A stretch of DNA of 64,000 bases from an uncultured delta proteobacterium (GCA_963827685.1 CAWHBU010000003.1:384001-448000); one strand, 5' to 3'. Positions 53,795 to 63,998 are shown, counted from the first letter of the stretch. Notes: a model not told the origin generated them from the sequence alone. Numbers and translations: made by a program.

Positions 53795-54583
53795 ATGAGT
53801 AAGGTCCAAACCAAAATCTCTGCGGTTATCCCAGCGCGGTATGGGTCGAGTCGTTTTGAAGGGAAGCCCCTCGCCGACATTCTCGGCAAACCCATGATCC
53901 AATATGTCTACGAAGGAGTGCGCGAATCGAAACTGATTGATGAGGTGATTGTCGCTACAGATGATCAAAGAATAATGGAGGCTGTTAACTCCTTTGGCGG
54001 AAAAGCAGTCATGACCTCCCCAACTCACTTCACTGGAACAGACCGGGTGGCGGAGGTTGCCAAGAAACTTAAATCAGAAGTCGTCGTCAATGTCCAGGGA
54101 GATGAACCTCTGATCAAAGGAAATATTATTGATAAAGCGATTCGCCCTCTTCTCTCCGATGATACCCTCCAATTATCCACTCTGATGACCAGGATCGAGG
54201 AGGTGAGGGATTGGCTCAACCCCCATATCGTAAAGGTCGTTGTGGATCAAAAGAATTTCGCTCTCTATTTTTCCCGGTCTCCCATCCCCTTTCCCAGGGA
54301 TCTCCAAATTGAACGGTTAGAATCCAACCCCTTTGGAACGAATAGACCTCTCCCAAAGAGAGTGTTCAAACACATCGGTGTCTATGCATTCCGTCGAAAA
54401 TTCCTCCTCCTTTTTTCAAAGATGAAGCCCACCCCTCTTGAAAAACTTGAGAAACTCGAACAGCTTCGGGCATTAGAAAACGATTATCGTATAAAAGTCA
54501 ACCCTGTCGATTATGAACCCATATGCGTGGACACCCCTGAGGATATCCAAAAAGTAGAAGCCTTCCTTCTCTCCCCTCATTGA
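53795..54583 (+). CDS. kdsB: 3-deoxy-manno-octulosonate cytidylyltransferase
   Basis: IPARYGSSRFEGKPL, NVQGDEP, ALYFSRSPIP, EKLEQLRAL, VDTPED. Confidence 0.96.
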   Translation: MSKVQTKISAVIPARYGSSRFEGKPLADILGKPMIQYVYEGVRESKLIDEVIVATDDQRIMEAVNSFGGKAVMTSPTHFTGTDRVAEVAKKLKSEVVVNVQGDEPLIKGNIIDKAIRPLLSDDTLQLSTLMTRIEEVRDWLNPHIVKVVVDQKNFALYFSRSPIPFPRDLQIERLESNPFGTNRPLPKRVFKHIGVYAFRRKFLLLFSKMKPTPLEKLEKLEQLRALENDYRIKVNPVDYEPICVDTPEDIQKVEAFLLSPH

Positions 54584-54712
54584 GGCTCATCCGCCCAAAC
54601 TGATTTTTCGCTAAAATAGTTTTAGTCCAGGGAAAATAATTTTCTATTGATTTCATCAATTCATGGATTATAATGGTTGGGTACGGCACAAATCGAAAGG
54701 AGGTGATACTGA

Positions 54713-55084
54713 ATGAAGAAGCTGCTCATTTTCACCATTGTGCTTACCCTCGCCCTTGCAACCCTCGCCCTCGCCGATAAAACCAGGATGACTGCAAAGG
54801 TTGGAGACGAACTCTACGTCTGTGGCTGCGGTGAAGGTTGTCCATGTGACACGATGTCAAGAAACCCTGGCCAGTGTACATGTGGCAAAGACCTGGTAAA
54901 AACAAAGGTGACGAAGGTTGAGAAGGGAAAAATTACAGTGGAGTCAAGGAAAAAGCCTTTCGTGAGTGTCGCTAAATACGTCTGCGATTGCGGACCTGAG
55001 TGTAAATGCGACACCATCAGCCAGAATCCAGGTAACTGCACTTGCGGCAAAAAGATGGTGGAGGTAAAAGCAATGGCTAAATAA
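54713..55084 (+). CDS. Secreted Cys-rich protein with two CxCGxxCxC...CxCG repeats
   Basis: AGGAGG RBS, signal peptide ending ALA, 12 Cys in two repeats. Confidence 0.85.
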   Translation: MKKLLIFTIVLTLALATLALADKTRMTAKVGDELYVCGCGEGCPCDTMSRNPGQCTCGKDLVKTKVTKVEKGKITVESRKKPFVSVAKYVCDCGPECKCDTISQNPGNCTCGKKMVEVKAMAK

Positions 55085-55123
55085 GTAACAAAGTTTTGTC
55101 CGGCAGTTAAGTATTTAGATTTG

Positions 55124-55165
55124 AAACAGGCAGGGTTTCAGAGTTCAAAACCCGCCTGTTTTTTT
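55124..55165 (+). terminator. Intrinsic terminator
   Basis: AAACAGGCAGGGTTT...AAACCCGCCTGTTT + T run. Confidence 0.7.
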
Positions 55166-55351
55166 GTTTACAGGAAGATGGAACGACCCAAAGAGATCTC
55201 AGAAAGTATAACCTGCCGAAAGGATATGGTATTTTTTGAGGAAACGCCGCCTTTGCGATGATCAGCTATTCTACGGATTTGGGTAAGAAAGTCAGGAAAT
55301 TTTCAGGTAAAATATAATTGATTTTTTTGTATTTTTAGTGTATATTTATTT

Positions 55352-56530
55352 ATGTTGATTCAAAAAGGGAAAATGGTCTTCAAAGTGTCGAAACCCCGCC
55401 TTTCTCTTTTTTTCGTTCTCTTCTTTTTTCTTCTTTTTTTTCTTTTTGCCTGTTCTACGCCCTCTTGGTTTCCGATTAAAAAGGGGTCCCCTAACAAGGC
55501 AAAAATGAAAGAATTGCTGGATAAAGAGGTGACCATTATTGATGAGGAAGAATATGTCAAGGTCTTAAACCCAAGAGCCTCTGAGGGAAAGAATGAACCC
55601 AAATACCTCTATATCCCCGTCAATCAATACCTTTCCCAGAAAGAAACCTTTACCACCCCGCCCATGCGTGCGGAGGAAGTTAAGAAAGAAGCTCCCGTTG
55701 CTTCTGCAAAACCATCGTCTTCTTTAGAGGAAGAGGCGCTTGTCGCATCTCCGTCGAAACCCACGTTTCCAGGTTTAAAGAAAAAAGTATTGATCCTTTA
55801 TTTTGATGATCGAACTACTGAAGGAGAAGAAGTGCTTGGAGACTGGGTGGCTGAAAAGCTGATGAAAGAGGTAAACCGAAGGTCTCTCCAAGTCCTCTTT
55901 GCCGACTATCAAATGATCAAAGAATTTCTTGTAAAAAAGGGATTGGATTTAAAGGATCTTGAGACACCCGAAGTCCTCAGGGTGCTCAACGAAAACTTTG
56001 GAGTTCATGCCATTGTGACTGGACAACTCTCAGGTCCTTACGTCTTCACCACCAAGACAGCGGAGGACCAAGAAGGAACGGCATCGGCCATTATCAAAAT
56101 AGACATAAGGTTGGTAGACACCTTTTCTGGTAAAACCCTTAAAAACCTATCCGCCAGTAATCCCATCTTCGCGGCCAAGGAAAAGGGTTCCTTTTCCGAA
56201 GAGAAGGCCAGAGTCAAGGCGATCGACCTCACCATTGCTTCCCTGGGACGCTCCCTTGCCAGAGAATTAGAGGGCATCGATTGGTTTTGTCGGATTGCCA
56301 AGGTAGAGGGTGAAGAAGTCTACATGAATGCCGGAAAATTAACCGGTCTTAAGGTGGGAGATGTGATGGATGTGTTTCGGCCAGACGGATCTGGAGAACG
56401 AGGAGAGGTGAAAGGCAAGATTCGAGTTTCAGCCTTCTTTGGAATCGACGCCTCAATGGGGAGGCTGGTTCAAGGGAAAAATCCCGATGTCAATGACATT
56501 TTAAAATTGGCCAAAAGCGAAGGGACCTGA
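55352..56530 (+). CDS. Lipoprotein, CsgG/FlgT-like
   Basis: Lipobox LFAC; C-terminal VYMNAGKLTGLKVGD typical of FlgT C domain. Confidence 0.7.
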   Translation: MLIQKGKMVFKVSKPRLSLFFVLFFFLLFFLFACSTPSWFPIKKGSPNKAKMKELLDKEVTIIDEEEYVKVLNPRASEGKNEPKYLYIPVNQYLSQKETFTTPPMRAEEVKKEAPVASAKPSSSLEEEALVASPSKPTFPGLKKKVLILYFDDRTTEGEEVLGDWVAEKLMKEVNRRSLQVLFADYQMIKEFLVKKGLDLKDLETPEVLRVLNENFGVHAIVTGQLSGPYVFTTKTAEDQEGTASAIIKIDIRLVDTFSGKTLKNLSASNPIFAAKEKGSFSEEKARVKAIDLTIASLGRSLARELEGIDWFCRIAKVEGEEVYMNAGKLTGLKVGDVMDVFRPDGSGERGEVKGKIRVSAFFGIDASMGRLVQGKNPDVNDILKLAKSEGT

Positions 56531-56686
56531 ATTTCCCGCATGGCTTTCCTTCTCTCTCAATAAAAAGTTCGGGTAGCCATCATTAAAACCGTCCCTTTGG
56601 GGAGTATCTTTGCGTTGTTGTAGCATCGCTCATCCCCAAATTGAAATTGTTTTTTTTCTTACTGCCAGGAAGGAGGTTTTAATTCT

Positions 56687-57169
56687 ATGTTCCAGATCGG
56701 TGATAAAGCGGTTTACCCAGGACACGGCGTTGGAATCATTGAGGCCATTGAGACCAAGCGGATCTCTGGTAAGGAACAGATCTTTTTCATCCTCCGAATT
56801 TTAGAAAACGGGATGACCATTATGATCCCCCGGGATAATGTGGAGGCGGCCAAGTTGAGAGGGGTCATTCGAAAAATTGACGTCCGGAAGGTCATCGGAA
56901 TCCTGAAGGACCGGGATGTCACCGTCGATAATCAGACCTGGAATCGGAGATACCGCGAGTATATGGAAAAAATTAACACGGGATCGATCTACGGCATTGC
57001 TGAAGTGCTCCGAGACCTCCATCTTCTCAAAGAAGAGAAAGAACTCTCCTTCGGGGAAAGGAAGATTATGGATACCGCCAAAAATCTTCTGGTGAAGGAG
57101 CTCGCCATTGCCCGGGATGTGAAAGAGACGGATATTTTGAGGGAGATCCATTCGATCTTCGGGTCATGA
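56687..57169 (+). CDS. carD: CarD/CdnL family RNA polymerase-binding regulator
   Basis: FQIGDKAVYPGHGVG, TWNRRYR, LSFGERK. Confidence 0.93.
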   Translation: MFQIGDKAVYPGHGVGIIEAIETKRISGKEQIFFILRILENGMTIMIPRDNVEAAKLRGVIRKIDVRKVIGILKDRDVTVDNQTWNRRYREYMEKINTGSIYGIAEVLRDLHLLKEEKELSFGERKIMDTAKNLLVKELAIARDVKETDILREIHSIFGS

Positions 57170-57238
57170 CCCCTCCAGAATCCCTATCATTCGTTTTCAT
57201 GGAAATGTCTTCTCATATCATCCATTCATGGAAAGGAG

Positions 57239-58300
57239 GTGAACAGTTTGGGCTCATGGATTCTTCGTATCTTATTATTCCTCATCTGCGGGATCAGCGG
57301 GTATACCTTAACCCGGGAAATTTCTCCCTCTCCGCCGAATCCCCTCTTGGGACTGATCGGCGGGCTTCTCTTGGCAGCCTTGACCCTTTTGATCGAGAAG
57401 GGATTGAAAAAAATCCCTCTAAAAAATCTTTTAGGAAGTTTTATCGGATTGATCCTCGGCATCATGGTAGCCAATTTCCTTTCTAATGTCTTTCTCTCCA
57501 ATCTCTATAACCATCAAGAAATGGTTTTCCCCCTTTTAAGTGTGCTCTACGGGGTTTGTGGATATATGGGTCTACGAGTTGGCTTTAAGAAGGGAGAAGA
57601 AATTCACCTGGCCGGTTGGAAATTCTTCTCAAAAAACGCCCCCCAAAGTGAAAAATCGAAGATTCTGGATACCAGTGTGATTATCGACGGCCGCATCGCC
57701 GACATTACAGAGACTGGATTTATAGAAGGACCGCTGATCATTCCGCAATTCATACTGAATGAACTCCAGCACATTGCTGACTCTTCAGACTCCATCAAAC
57801 GGACAAGAGGCAAGAGGGGTTTGGAAGTTCTCCACCACATTCAAAAACAGGCCACTGTGGATGTTCGAATTATGGACAGGGATTATCCTGCGGTCAAAGA
57901 GGTCGATTCAAAACTGATTGAATTGGCTAAAGAGATCCGCGGGAAGATCATCACCAATGACTCCAACCTCAATAAGGTGGCAGAGCTTCAGGGGATCGAG
58001 GTATTAAACATCAATGAGTTAGCCAATTCTATAAAACCTGTGGTCCTTCCAGGAGAGGAGATTAATGTCAAAATCCTCAAAGAAGGTAAAGAAATGGGAC
58101 AGGGGGTGGCCTATCTGGATGACGGGACGATGATTGTGGTCGACAATGGAAGGAAACAGATGGGCAAAACGATTGATGTCGTGGTCACCAGCGTTCTCCA
58201 GACCCCTGCAGGAAGAATGATCTTCGCTCGTCCTAAGGAGGAGGCAAATCGAGAAACCAAGGGGAAGGATTATTATTATCCCCTGGACAGTGAATTCTAA
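57239..58300 (+). CDS. Membrane PIN/TRAM-domain protein (YacL-like)
   Basis: ILDTSVIIDGRI, TNDSNLNK, QGVAYLDDGTM, SVLQTPAGRMIF. Confidence 0.92.
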   Translation: MNSLGSWILRILLFLICGISGYTLTREISPSPPNPLLGLIGGLLLAALTLLIEKGLKKIPLKNLLGSFIGLILGIMVANFLSNVFLSNLYNHQEMVFPLLSVLYGVCGYMGLRVGFKKGEEIHLAGWKFFSKNAPQSEKSKILDTSVIIDGRIADITETGFIEGPLIIPQFILNELQHIADSSDSIKRTRGKRGLEVLHHIQKQATVDVRIMDRDYPAVKEVDSKLIELAKEIRGKIITNDSNLNKVAELQGIEVLNINELANSIKPVVLPGEEINVKILKEGKEMGQGVAYLDDGTMIVVDNGRKQMGKTIDVVVTSVLQTPAGRMIFARPKEEANRETKGKDYYYPLDSEF

Positions 58301-58389
58301 CCTGAGGTGCACCTCGAATTGGAATATTGGAATAATGGAAAGATGGCTCACCCAACATTCCTCATTCCATGGTGTCTGACTGTTGAACG

Positions 58390-59118
58390 ATGAAGGCCGA
58401 CGCAGTGATCGTCTCCGCTGGCAAGGGACTTCGCTTCATGGAAGGGCAGAAGAAACAATTCCACTTCCTGGGAGCAAAACCCATCCTCGTCCATACCCTT
58501 GATCAATTCGAAACCTGTCCTCTGATCCGATCCATTCTTCTGGTCACTGCCCAGGAGGACATGGATTACTGTCTGAAAGAAATCGTGGAAAAATATAAAT
58601 TTCAAAAAGTCTCGCAGATCGTCCCGGGCGGGAAGCGGAGGCAGGAGTCTGTAAAAAATGGAATTGACGCTCTTCCAAAGGATACCGACATTGTGGCAAT
58701 TCACGATGGCGTCCGGCCTTTCGTCACCAAAGTGATGATCGAAGATTCCATTCACTCTGCTGTACGATATGGAGCTGTGATATTAGCGATGCCGGTGAAG
58801 GACACCATTAAGGTGTCCAATCCGGATGGAACCGTTCTTAAAACGTTGGATCGGGAATCTCTCTGGCAGGTTCAGACCCCGCAAACCTTTCAGGTCAATG
58901 TGATTAAAGAGGCTTACTACAAGGCGGCAGAGGATGCGTTCATTGGGACGGATGACGCCTCTCTCGTTGAACGGTTAGGCGTGAAGGTCCATATCCTTCC
59001 GGGATCCCATACAAACATTAAAATTACCACCCCGGAAGACCTGCTGTTGGCCAATCTCTTCCTCAAGATGAATATCCTTACCCAGGAAGAACCGGCAGAA
59101 GGGACAAAAAAGAAATGA
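58390..59118 (+). CDS. ispD: 2-C-methyl-D-erythritol 4-phosphate cytidylyltransferase
   Basis: SAGKGLRF, RQESV, IHDGVRP, QTPQ, TDDAS, NIKITT. Confidence 0.95.
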   Translation: MKADAVIVSAGKGLRFMEGQKKQFHFLGAKPILVHTLDQFETCPLIRSILLVTAQEDMDYCLKEIVEKYKFQKVSQIVPGGKRRQESVKNGIDALPKDTDIVAIHDGVRPFVTKVMIEDSIHSAVRYGAVILAMPVKDTIKVSNPDGTVLKTLDRESLWQVQTPQTFQVNVIKEAYYKAAEDAFIGTDDASLVERLGVKVHILPGSHTNIKITTPEDLLLANLFLKMNILTQEEPAEGTKKK

Positions 59119-59597
59119 GAGTGGGTTTTGGGTATGATGTCCATCCCTTCGTTTCAGGCCGACCGTTGATCTTGGGAGGGATAAAAATCCCTTACCTATT
59201 CGGATTGAAGGGGCATTCGGATGCGGATGTCCTCATCCATGCTATCTGCGATGCCTTGCTGGGAGCCGTTGCAGAGGGGGATATCGGAAGACATTTTCCG
59301 GACTCCGATGCTCAATACAGAGATATCAAGAGCACGATTCTTTTGAAAAAGGTGCTCACCAAGGTGAGGGAGAAAGGGTTTCGTCCAGTCAATATTGATG
59401 CCACCGTTGTCGCCCAGAAACCAAAACTCTCTGAGATCATCCCCAGAATGGTCAAAGAGATTGCGGATGTCCTGGAGATCGAGACGGAGAGAGTGAATGT
59501 AAAAGCCACCACGACAGAGGGATTGGGATTTACTGGCAGAGAAGAGGGAATCGCTGCCTATGCCGTCGTTTTGGTGGAAGAAGACCAAGCCCGTTAA
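59115..59597 (+). CDS. ispF: 2-C-methyl-D-erythritol 2,4-cyclodiphosphate synthase
   Basis: GYDVH, HSDADV, DIGRHFPD, KATTTEGLG. Confidence 0.96.
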   Translation: MRVGFGYDVHPFVSGRPLILGGIKIPYLFGLKGHSDADVLIHAICDALLGAVAEGDIGRHFPDSDAQYRDIKSTILLKKVLTKVREKGFRPVNIDATVVAQKPKLSEIIPRMVKEIADVLEIETERVNVKATTTEGLGFTGREEGIAAYAVVLVEEDQAR

Positions 59598-59826
59598 ACT
59601 TATTTATATTGGCAAATCAACACGTTCCATATATATTAAGTAAGCACCAAATTCCAAGCACCTGCCTTCGCCGAAGCGGCTTCGCGCAGGCAGGCCAAAA
59701 ACCAAATAAATCCCAATCTCCAATATTCTAAACTCTAAACAGGATTGTTTTGATCATTGGAAATTGAAATTTGGAATTTATTTGGGATTTGGAATTTGAG
59801 ATTTGGCAATAGGTGAAGGGTTCCAA

Positions 59827-61272
59827 ATGATTCCAAATGTCCGGGTTCGCTTTGCTCCTGCCCCTACCGGGCTTCTCCATATCGGAAATGCTCGGACTGC
59901 TCTTTTCAATTTTCTTTTCGCAAGACACCATCAGGGAACGTTTGTTCTTCGTATCGAAGATACGGATTTAGAGAGATCGAACGATACCTCCATGGATCGG
60001 ATCATGGAAGATCTTCAATGGCTCGGGATCTTATGGGACGAAGGTCCCGACCGGGATGGATCCGTGGGGCCTTACCGCCAATCGCAACGTATCTCCATCT
60101 ATCGTGAATGTGCCGATCGGTTATCTCAAGAGGGAAAAAGTTATAAGTGCTTCTGCTCTGAAGAAAGGCTGGAAAAGCTTAGAAAAGAACAGCTCTCGAA
60201 AGGAAAGATGCCCCGCTATGACGGAAGGTGTCGCTCCCTCTCTGTGGAAGAGATTGCCAAAATGGAATCCTCTGGTCTCCGGCCTGTTCTCCGATTTCAC
60301 GTGGGAGGAGGATCGATCCTCTTCGAAGACCTCATCCATGGGAAGATGCATTTCGATTCTGCTGGGATGGGTGATTTTATTATCGTCCGTTCGGATGGGA
60401 TGGCTGCCTATAATTTTGCCTGTGTCATTGACGACCATTTGATGCACATCACCCACGTCATTCGGGGGGAGGATCATCTCTCCAATACGCCCCGGCAGAT
60501 CCTCCTCTATCAGGCGCTGGCCTGGCAACCCCCCCTCTTCGCTCACCACCCTCTGATCCTTGGACCGGACCGGTCTCCGTTGAGCAAACGCCATGGGGCG
60601 ACAGCCGTTTCCCAATATCGGGAGGAAGGCTTTTTGCCAGAGGCCCTCGAGAATTATCTCATTCTTTTGGGCTGGACGCCTCCTTCCAGTCAAGAAACGC
60701 TCCCTTTAGAAAGAATGGTAGAGGAGTTTTCAATCCAAGACATCTCAAAAAGTGCTCCCGTTTTCAATCGTAAGAAATTGGAGTGGCTGAACAGTTTCTA
60801 CATCCGAGAGAAAGAGGAAGGACCCCTTTCCGAAATGCTGATTCCCTACCTCGAGAAGGCTGGGATACGGATGGATCACATTGATCATCAATGGCTCAAA
60901 GAAATTTCAGGGGTGTTAAAGGAAAATTTAGTCGTCCTCTCACAGGTGGAGGAATATCTGGGTATCTTTTTCGATGAACAATTCTTCTTCGAGGATGGAG
61001 CCAAAACCATACTCCAGGATCCAAAAAATCGGGAGACCCTTCGTTCAGTCCTCAGCCTGCTGGAGGGATCATCAGAAATCACATCGGGCGAACAGACCTC
61101 CCTGCTCTCTCAATTGGAAAAAAAGACGGGACAGAAAGGCAAACATCTCTACGCACCTCTTCGGGCGGCCGTTACCGGAAAGACAAAGGGGCCTGAGTTG
61201 GCAAAAACACTTCCTCTCCTCGGAAAGGAACGGATCATTCAAAGGTTGAAAATGGCATTGGAACTTTCTTAG
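59827..61272 (+). CDS. gltX: Glutamate--tRNA ligase
   Basis: RFAPAPTG, HIGN, RIEDTD, RGEDH, LSKRH; start ATG 59827. Confidence 0.93.
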   Translation: MIPNVRVRFAPAPTGLLHIGNARTALFNFLFARHHQGTFVLRIEDTDLERSNDTSMDRIMEDLQWLGILWDEGPDRDGSVGPYRQSQRISIYRECADRLSQEGKSYKCFCSEERLEKLRKEQLSKGKMPRYDGRCRSLSVEEIAKMESSGLRPVLRFHVGGGSILFEDLIHGKMHFDSAGMGDFIIVRSDGMAAYNFACVIDDHLMHITHVIRGEDHLSNTPRQILLYQALAWQPPLFAHHPLILGPDRSPLSKRHGATAVSQYREEGFLPEALENYLILLGWTPPSSQETLPLERMVEEFSIQDISKSAPVFNRKKLEWLNSFYIREKEEGPLSEMLIPYLEKAGIRMDHIDHQWLKEISGVLKENLVVLSQVEEYLGIFFDEQFFFEDGAKTILQDPKNRETLRSVLSLLEGSSEITSGEQTSLLSQLEKKTGQKGKHLYAPLRAAVTGKTKGPELAKTLPLLGKERIIQRLKMALELS

Positions 61273-61347
61273 AGGAATGAATATCGAAACCCGAACCAAA
61301 CATATTATGAGGAATACGTCGCCCTTGAACCATGAAAATAGGACCAC

Positions 61348-61440
61348 TCCCCTCCCCCTTGACGGGGGAGGGCGTGGGTGGGGGTGTAATCACCTTAAAT
61401 CCACCCCCCACCTCAATCCTCCCCCACAAGGGGGGAGGAG
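61348..61440. repeat. C/G-rich REP-like doublet
   Basis: CCCTCCCCC-TTGAC-GGGGGAGGG ... CCTCCCCC-ACAAG-GGGGGAGG. Confidence 0.65.
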
Positions 61441-61505
61441 GTCTTTCTTAAATTTTTCATTCCACAATCCGCATTCCGCAATCCGCAATTGATGAGGACT
61501 AATCT

Positions 61506-62981
61506 ATGACCCTTCGCATCCACAATACATTGACTGGCAAAAAAGAGGATTTCGTTCCTCTCCAAGAAAAAAAGGTGGGGATGTATGCCTGTGGGGTGAC
61601 GGTCTATGACCTCTGCCATATCGGGCACGCTCGGTCTGCGATCGTCTTCGATATCGTTCACCGCTATTTTCGATATCGTGGCTATGAGGTGACTTTTGTC
61701 CGAAACTTCACGGATATTGATGACAAGATCATCAAGCGGGCCAACGCGGAGGGCGTGGATTTCAAAACCATCGCGGAGAAATACATTGGCGAATTTAATG
61801 TCGATATGGGAGGACTGGGTTTGGAAAAACCCTCGGTGGAGCCCAAAGCTACGGAGCACATCCCGGAAATGATTCGGTTGATCTCGGCCCTCATTGAAAA
61901 AGGGTTTGCCTATCAGAGCGATGGGGATATCTTTTTCTCTGTGCGAAAATTTGAGGATTACGGAAAACTCTCGAAGAGGGCCTTAGAAGAGATGCAGGCC
62001 GGCGCCCGGGTTGAAATTGATGAAAAAAAAGAAAACCCCCTTGACTTCGCTCTCTGGAAGGCCAGTAAACCCGGGGAACCCTTTTGGGAAAGCCCCTGGG
62101 GAAAAGGAAGACCGGGCTGGCATATTGAATGTTCCGTGATGAGCCAGAAATATTTAGGGGAGACGTTTGATATCCATGGCGGGGGAAGAGATCTTATTTT
62201 CCCTCACCACGAAAATGAAATTGCTCAATCCGAAGCCGCCACAGGGAAAACCTTTGCCCGATATTGGATTCATAATGGCTTTGTCAACATCAATAAGGAA
62301 AAGATGTCCAAATCTCTCGGGAACATTTTAACCATCAAAGAAATCCTTAAAGATTGGCACCCGGAGGTCCTTCGACTTTTCTTTCTCGCTCACCATTACA
62401 GGAGTCCAATCGATTACTCGGAAGATAGCTTTTTTGAGGCTAAATCAGGACTGGACCGTTTTTATACTACGCTGAATGAAATCCAGGAAGAACTAAAGAA
62501 GCCTGTTGTCTCCCGCGCCCTCGAAAACGGGACTTCCATTCTCGAGGCGTGCCGTCAGACCATCGAATCCTTCCAGGCTCGACTTGAAGAAGCCATGGAT
62601 GACGATTTCAATACGGCGCAAGCATTAGGATATTTCTATGACCTCCAAACCCATTTAAATAGCCTGCTAAGCCTTTCAAAGGGCCAGCCAACCGAAGAGA
62701 CCGCTTCGCTTCTTAAAAAGGGCCTCGACCATTTCACCCAGAAGGGGTGGGTCTTTGGCTTATTCAGGGAGGATCCCGAGAAGTATCTGGCCCAGCAGAG
62801 AAAAGAAGGGCTGAAGAAGCTGAATCTTACGGAACAAGCCATTCTTCGATCCATCGAGGAGAGGAATTTGGCGAGGAAAGGAAAAAACTGGAAAAGAGCG
62901 GACGAGATTCGAAATGATCTTCTCTCAAAAGGAGTTGTTTTAGAGGATACCCCTTCCGGCACAAACTGGAAATTAAAATAA
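61506..62981 (+). CDS. cysS: Cysteine--tRNA ligase
   Basis: CGVTVYD, HIGH, GRPGWHIECS, KMSKS, ADEIR. Confidence 0.97.
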   Translation: MTLRIHNTLTGKKEDFVPLQEKKVGMYACGVTVYDLCHIGHARSAIVFDIVHRYFRYRGYEVTFVRNFTDIDDKIIKRANAEGVDFKTIAEKYIGEFNVDMGGLGLEKPSVEPKATEHIPEMIRLISALIEKGFAYQSDGDIFFSVRKFEDYGKLSKRALEEMQAGARVEIDEKKENPLDFALWKASKPGEPFWESPWGKGRPGWHIECSVMSQKYLGETFDIHGGGRDLIFPHHENEIAQSEAATGKTFARYWIHNGFVNINKEKMSKSLGNILTIKEILKDWHPEVLRLFFLAHHYRSPIDYSEDSFFEAKSGLDRFYTTLNEIQEELKKPVVSRALENGTSILEACRQTIESFQARLEEAMDDDFNTAQALGYFYDLQTHLNSLLSLSKGQPTEETASLLKKGLDHFTQKGWVFGLFREDPEKYLAQQRKEGLKKLNLTEQAILRSIEERNLARKGKNWKRADEIRNDLLSKGVVLEDTPSGTNWKLK

Positions 62982-63071
62982 CCATTAACCCATCTGCCAT
63001 TACCGATTAGCTATCTGCTTACTGCTTTCTGCCTACTGCTTACTGCCATCTGCTATCGGCAATTCGCTAAT

Positions 63072-63188
63072 TTATTCCCTTTTCAACCAACGGATCAATA
63101 CGCTGACTTGCGCGGTGAGGTAGGAAACCATGATGATCAGGAGGATTAACAAAAACGTATTTGTATTGACAATCCATAAGACATTCAT
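63072..63188 (-). CDS. 38-aa single-TM small protein (absent from ORF track)
   Basis: AAGGAGG RBS 5 nt upstream of ATG; MNVLWIVNTNTFLLILLIIMVSYLTAQVSVLIRWLKRE. Confidence 0.6.
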   Translation of the reverse strand: MNVLWIVNTNTFLLILLIIMVSYLTAQVSVLIRWLKRE

Positions 63189-63239
63189 CTCTTCCTCCTT
63201 CTTCGTACTTTTGACCCGGTGTGAAGAGGACTCTTCTCT

Positions 63240-63998
63240 TTATACGCTCTGAACCCCATCTCCTAATAGATGAGCCAATTCTCCTATTGTATAGTTATCC
63301 TTTATTCCTGGCTTGGTTATCAAATATTTCACAATATCCTCATCGGTTACCGGATATACTTCCTTTAATCCGGAAATGATTTCTTGCAGGTATTGGGGCG
63401 AGGGAGCCACAGGGGTCTCCATGGCGATATTTTTGTCAGAGGTGAAAGTGTAAATGGGGAAACCATCCTGCTCCCCCAGATAGACAAGATTTCCGTACCA
63501 TGACTCATGGAAAACCATCGAGCCTCGTTGTTTGGCTTTCTGAAAATCTATGGAGATTTTCGCTTCATCATTCTCCTGACTGACCACATCGATGAATTGC
63601 TGTTCTGTGATGAGATACATCCTGCCTAAGGTGACATCTGTTTCTTCTTTTTTGAGTCCAATAAAAGCGACGCCCTTGCCGTCCCACCTGGGAGATTGTT
63701 TTGCAAAATACAATGGGTAAGAGATTTTGATCGGTTGGTCGTCTTTCGGAGGTGTTTTGTCACGGCAACCCGGATGAGAACTGGATACGTCGTCAGGCTG
63801 CCCACCTTCTATGTAGCCCATGAATCTTCGACTGCACAGGTTCGATCCGTAACTCGCGTACCAGACCAGATTCGTTAGAGATAAAAATCGCTCGTCGTTT
63901 CTTAAATCTGAAAAATCTTTCTCACTTTTAGCTTCCAAAGCAGTCTTCTTGTCAATCTGTATCGCCTTGTACAGGCTCTCTAAGGCAGCGTCGGTATA
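63240..63998 (-). CDS. TPR-end plus gamma-glutamylcyclotransferase-like (YGSNL) domain protein, 5' truncated by window
   Basis: Frame is open to the window edge: ALESLYKAIQID...AKSEKDFSDLRNDERF, then WYASYGSNL ... PSPQYL. Confidence 0.7.
   Translation of the reverse strand, partial: YTDAALESLYKAIQIDKKTALEAKSEKDFSDLRNDERFLSLTNLVWYASYGSNLCSRRFMGYIEGGQPDDVSSSHPGCRDKTPPKDDQPIKISYPLYFAKQSPRWDGKGVAFIGLKKEETDVTLGRMYLITEQQFIDVVSQENDEAKISIDFQKAKQRGSMVFHESWYGNLVYLGEQDGFPIYTFTSDKNIAMETPVAPSPQYLQEIISGLKEVYPVTDEDIVKYLITKPGIKDNYTIGELAHLLGDGVQSV

Noticed and set aside
59598-59826. T-box leader before gltX (also checked before cysS and glyQ)
   Set aside because: No AAGGUGGUACCGCG-like T-box; the space is filled by repeat arrays
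61277-61492. 71-aa ORF between gltX and cysS
   Set aside because: Made of REP-like and heptamer repeats; spurious
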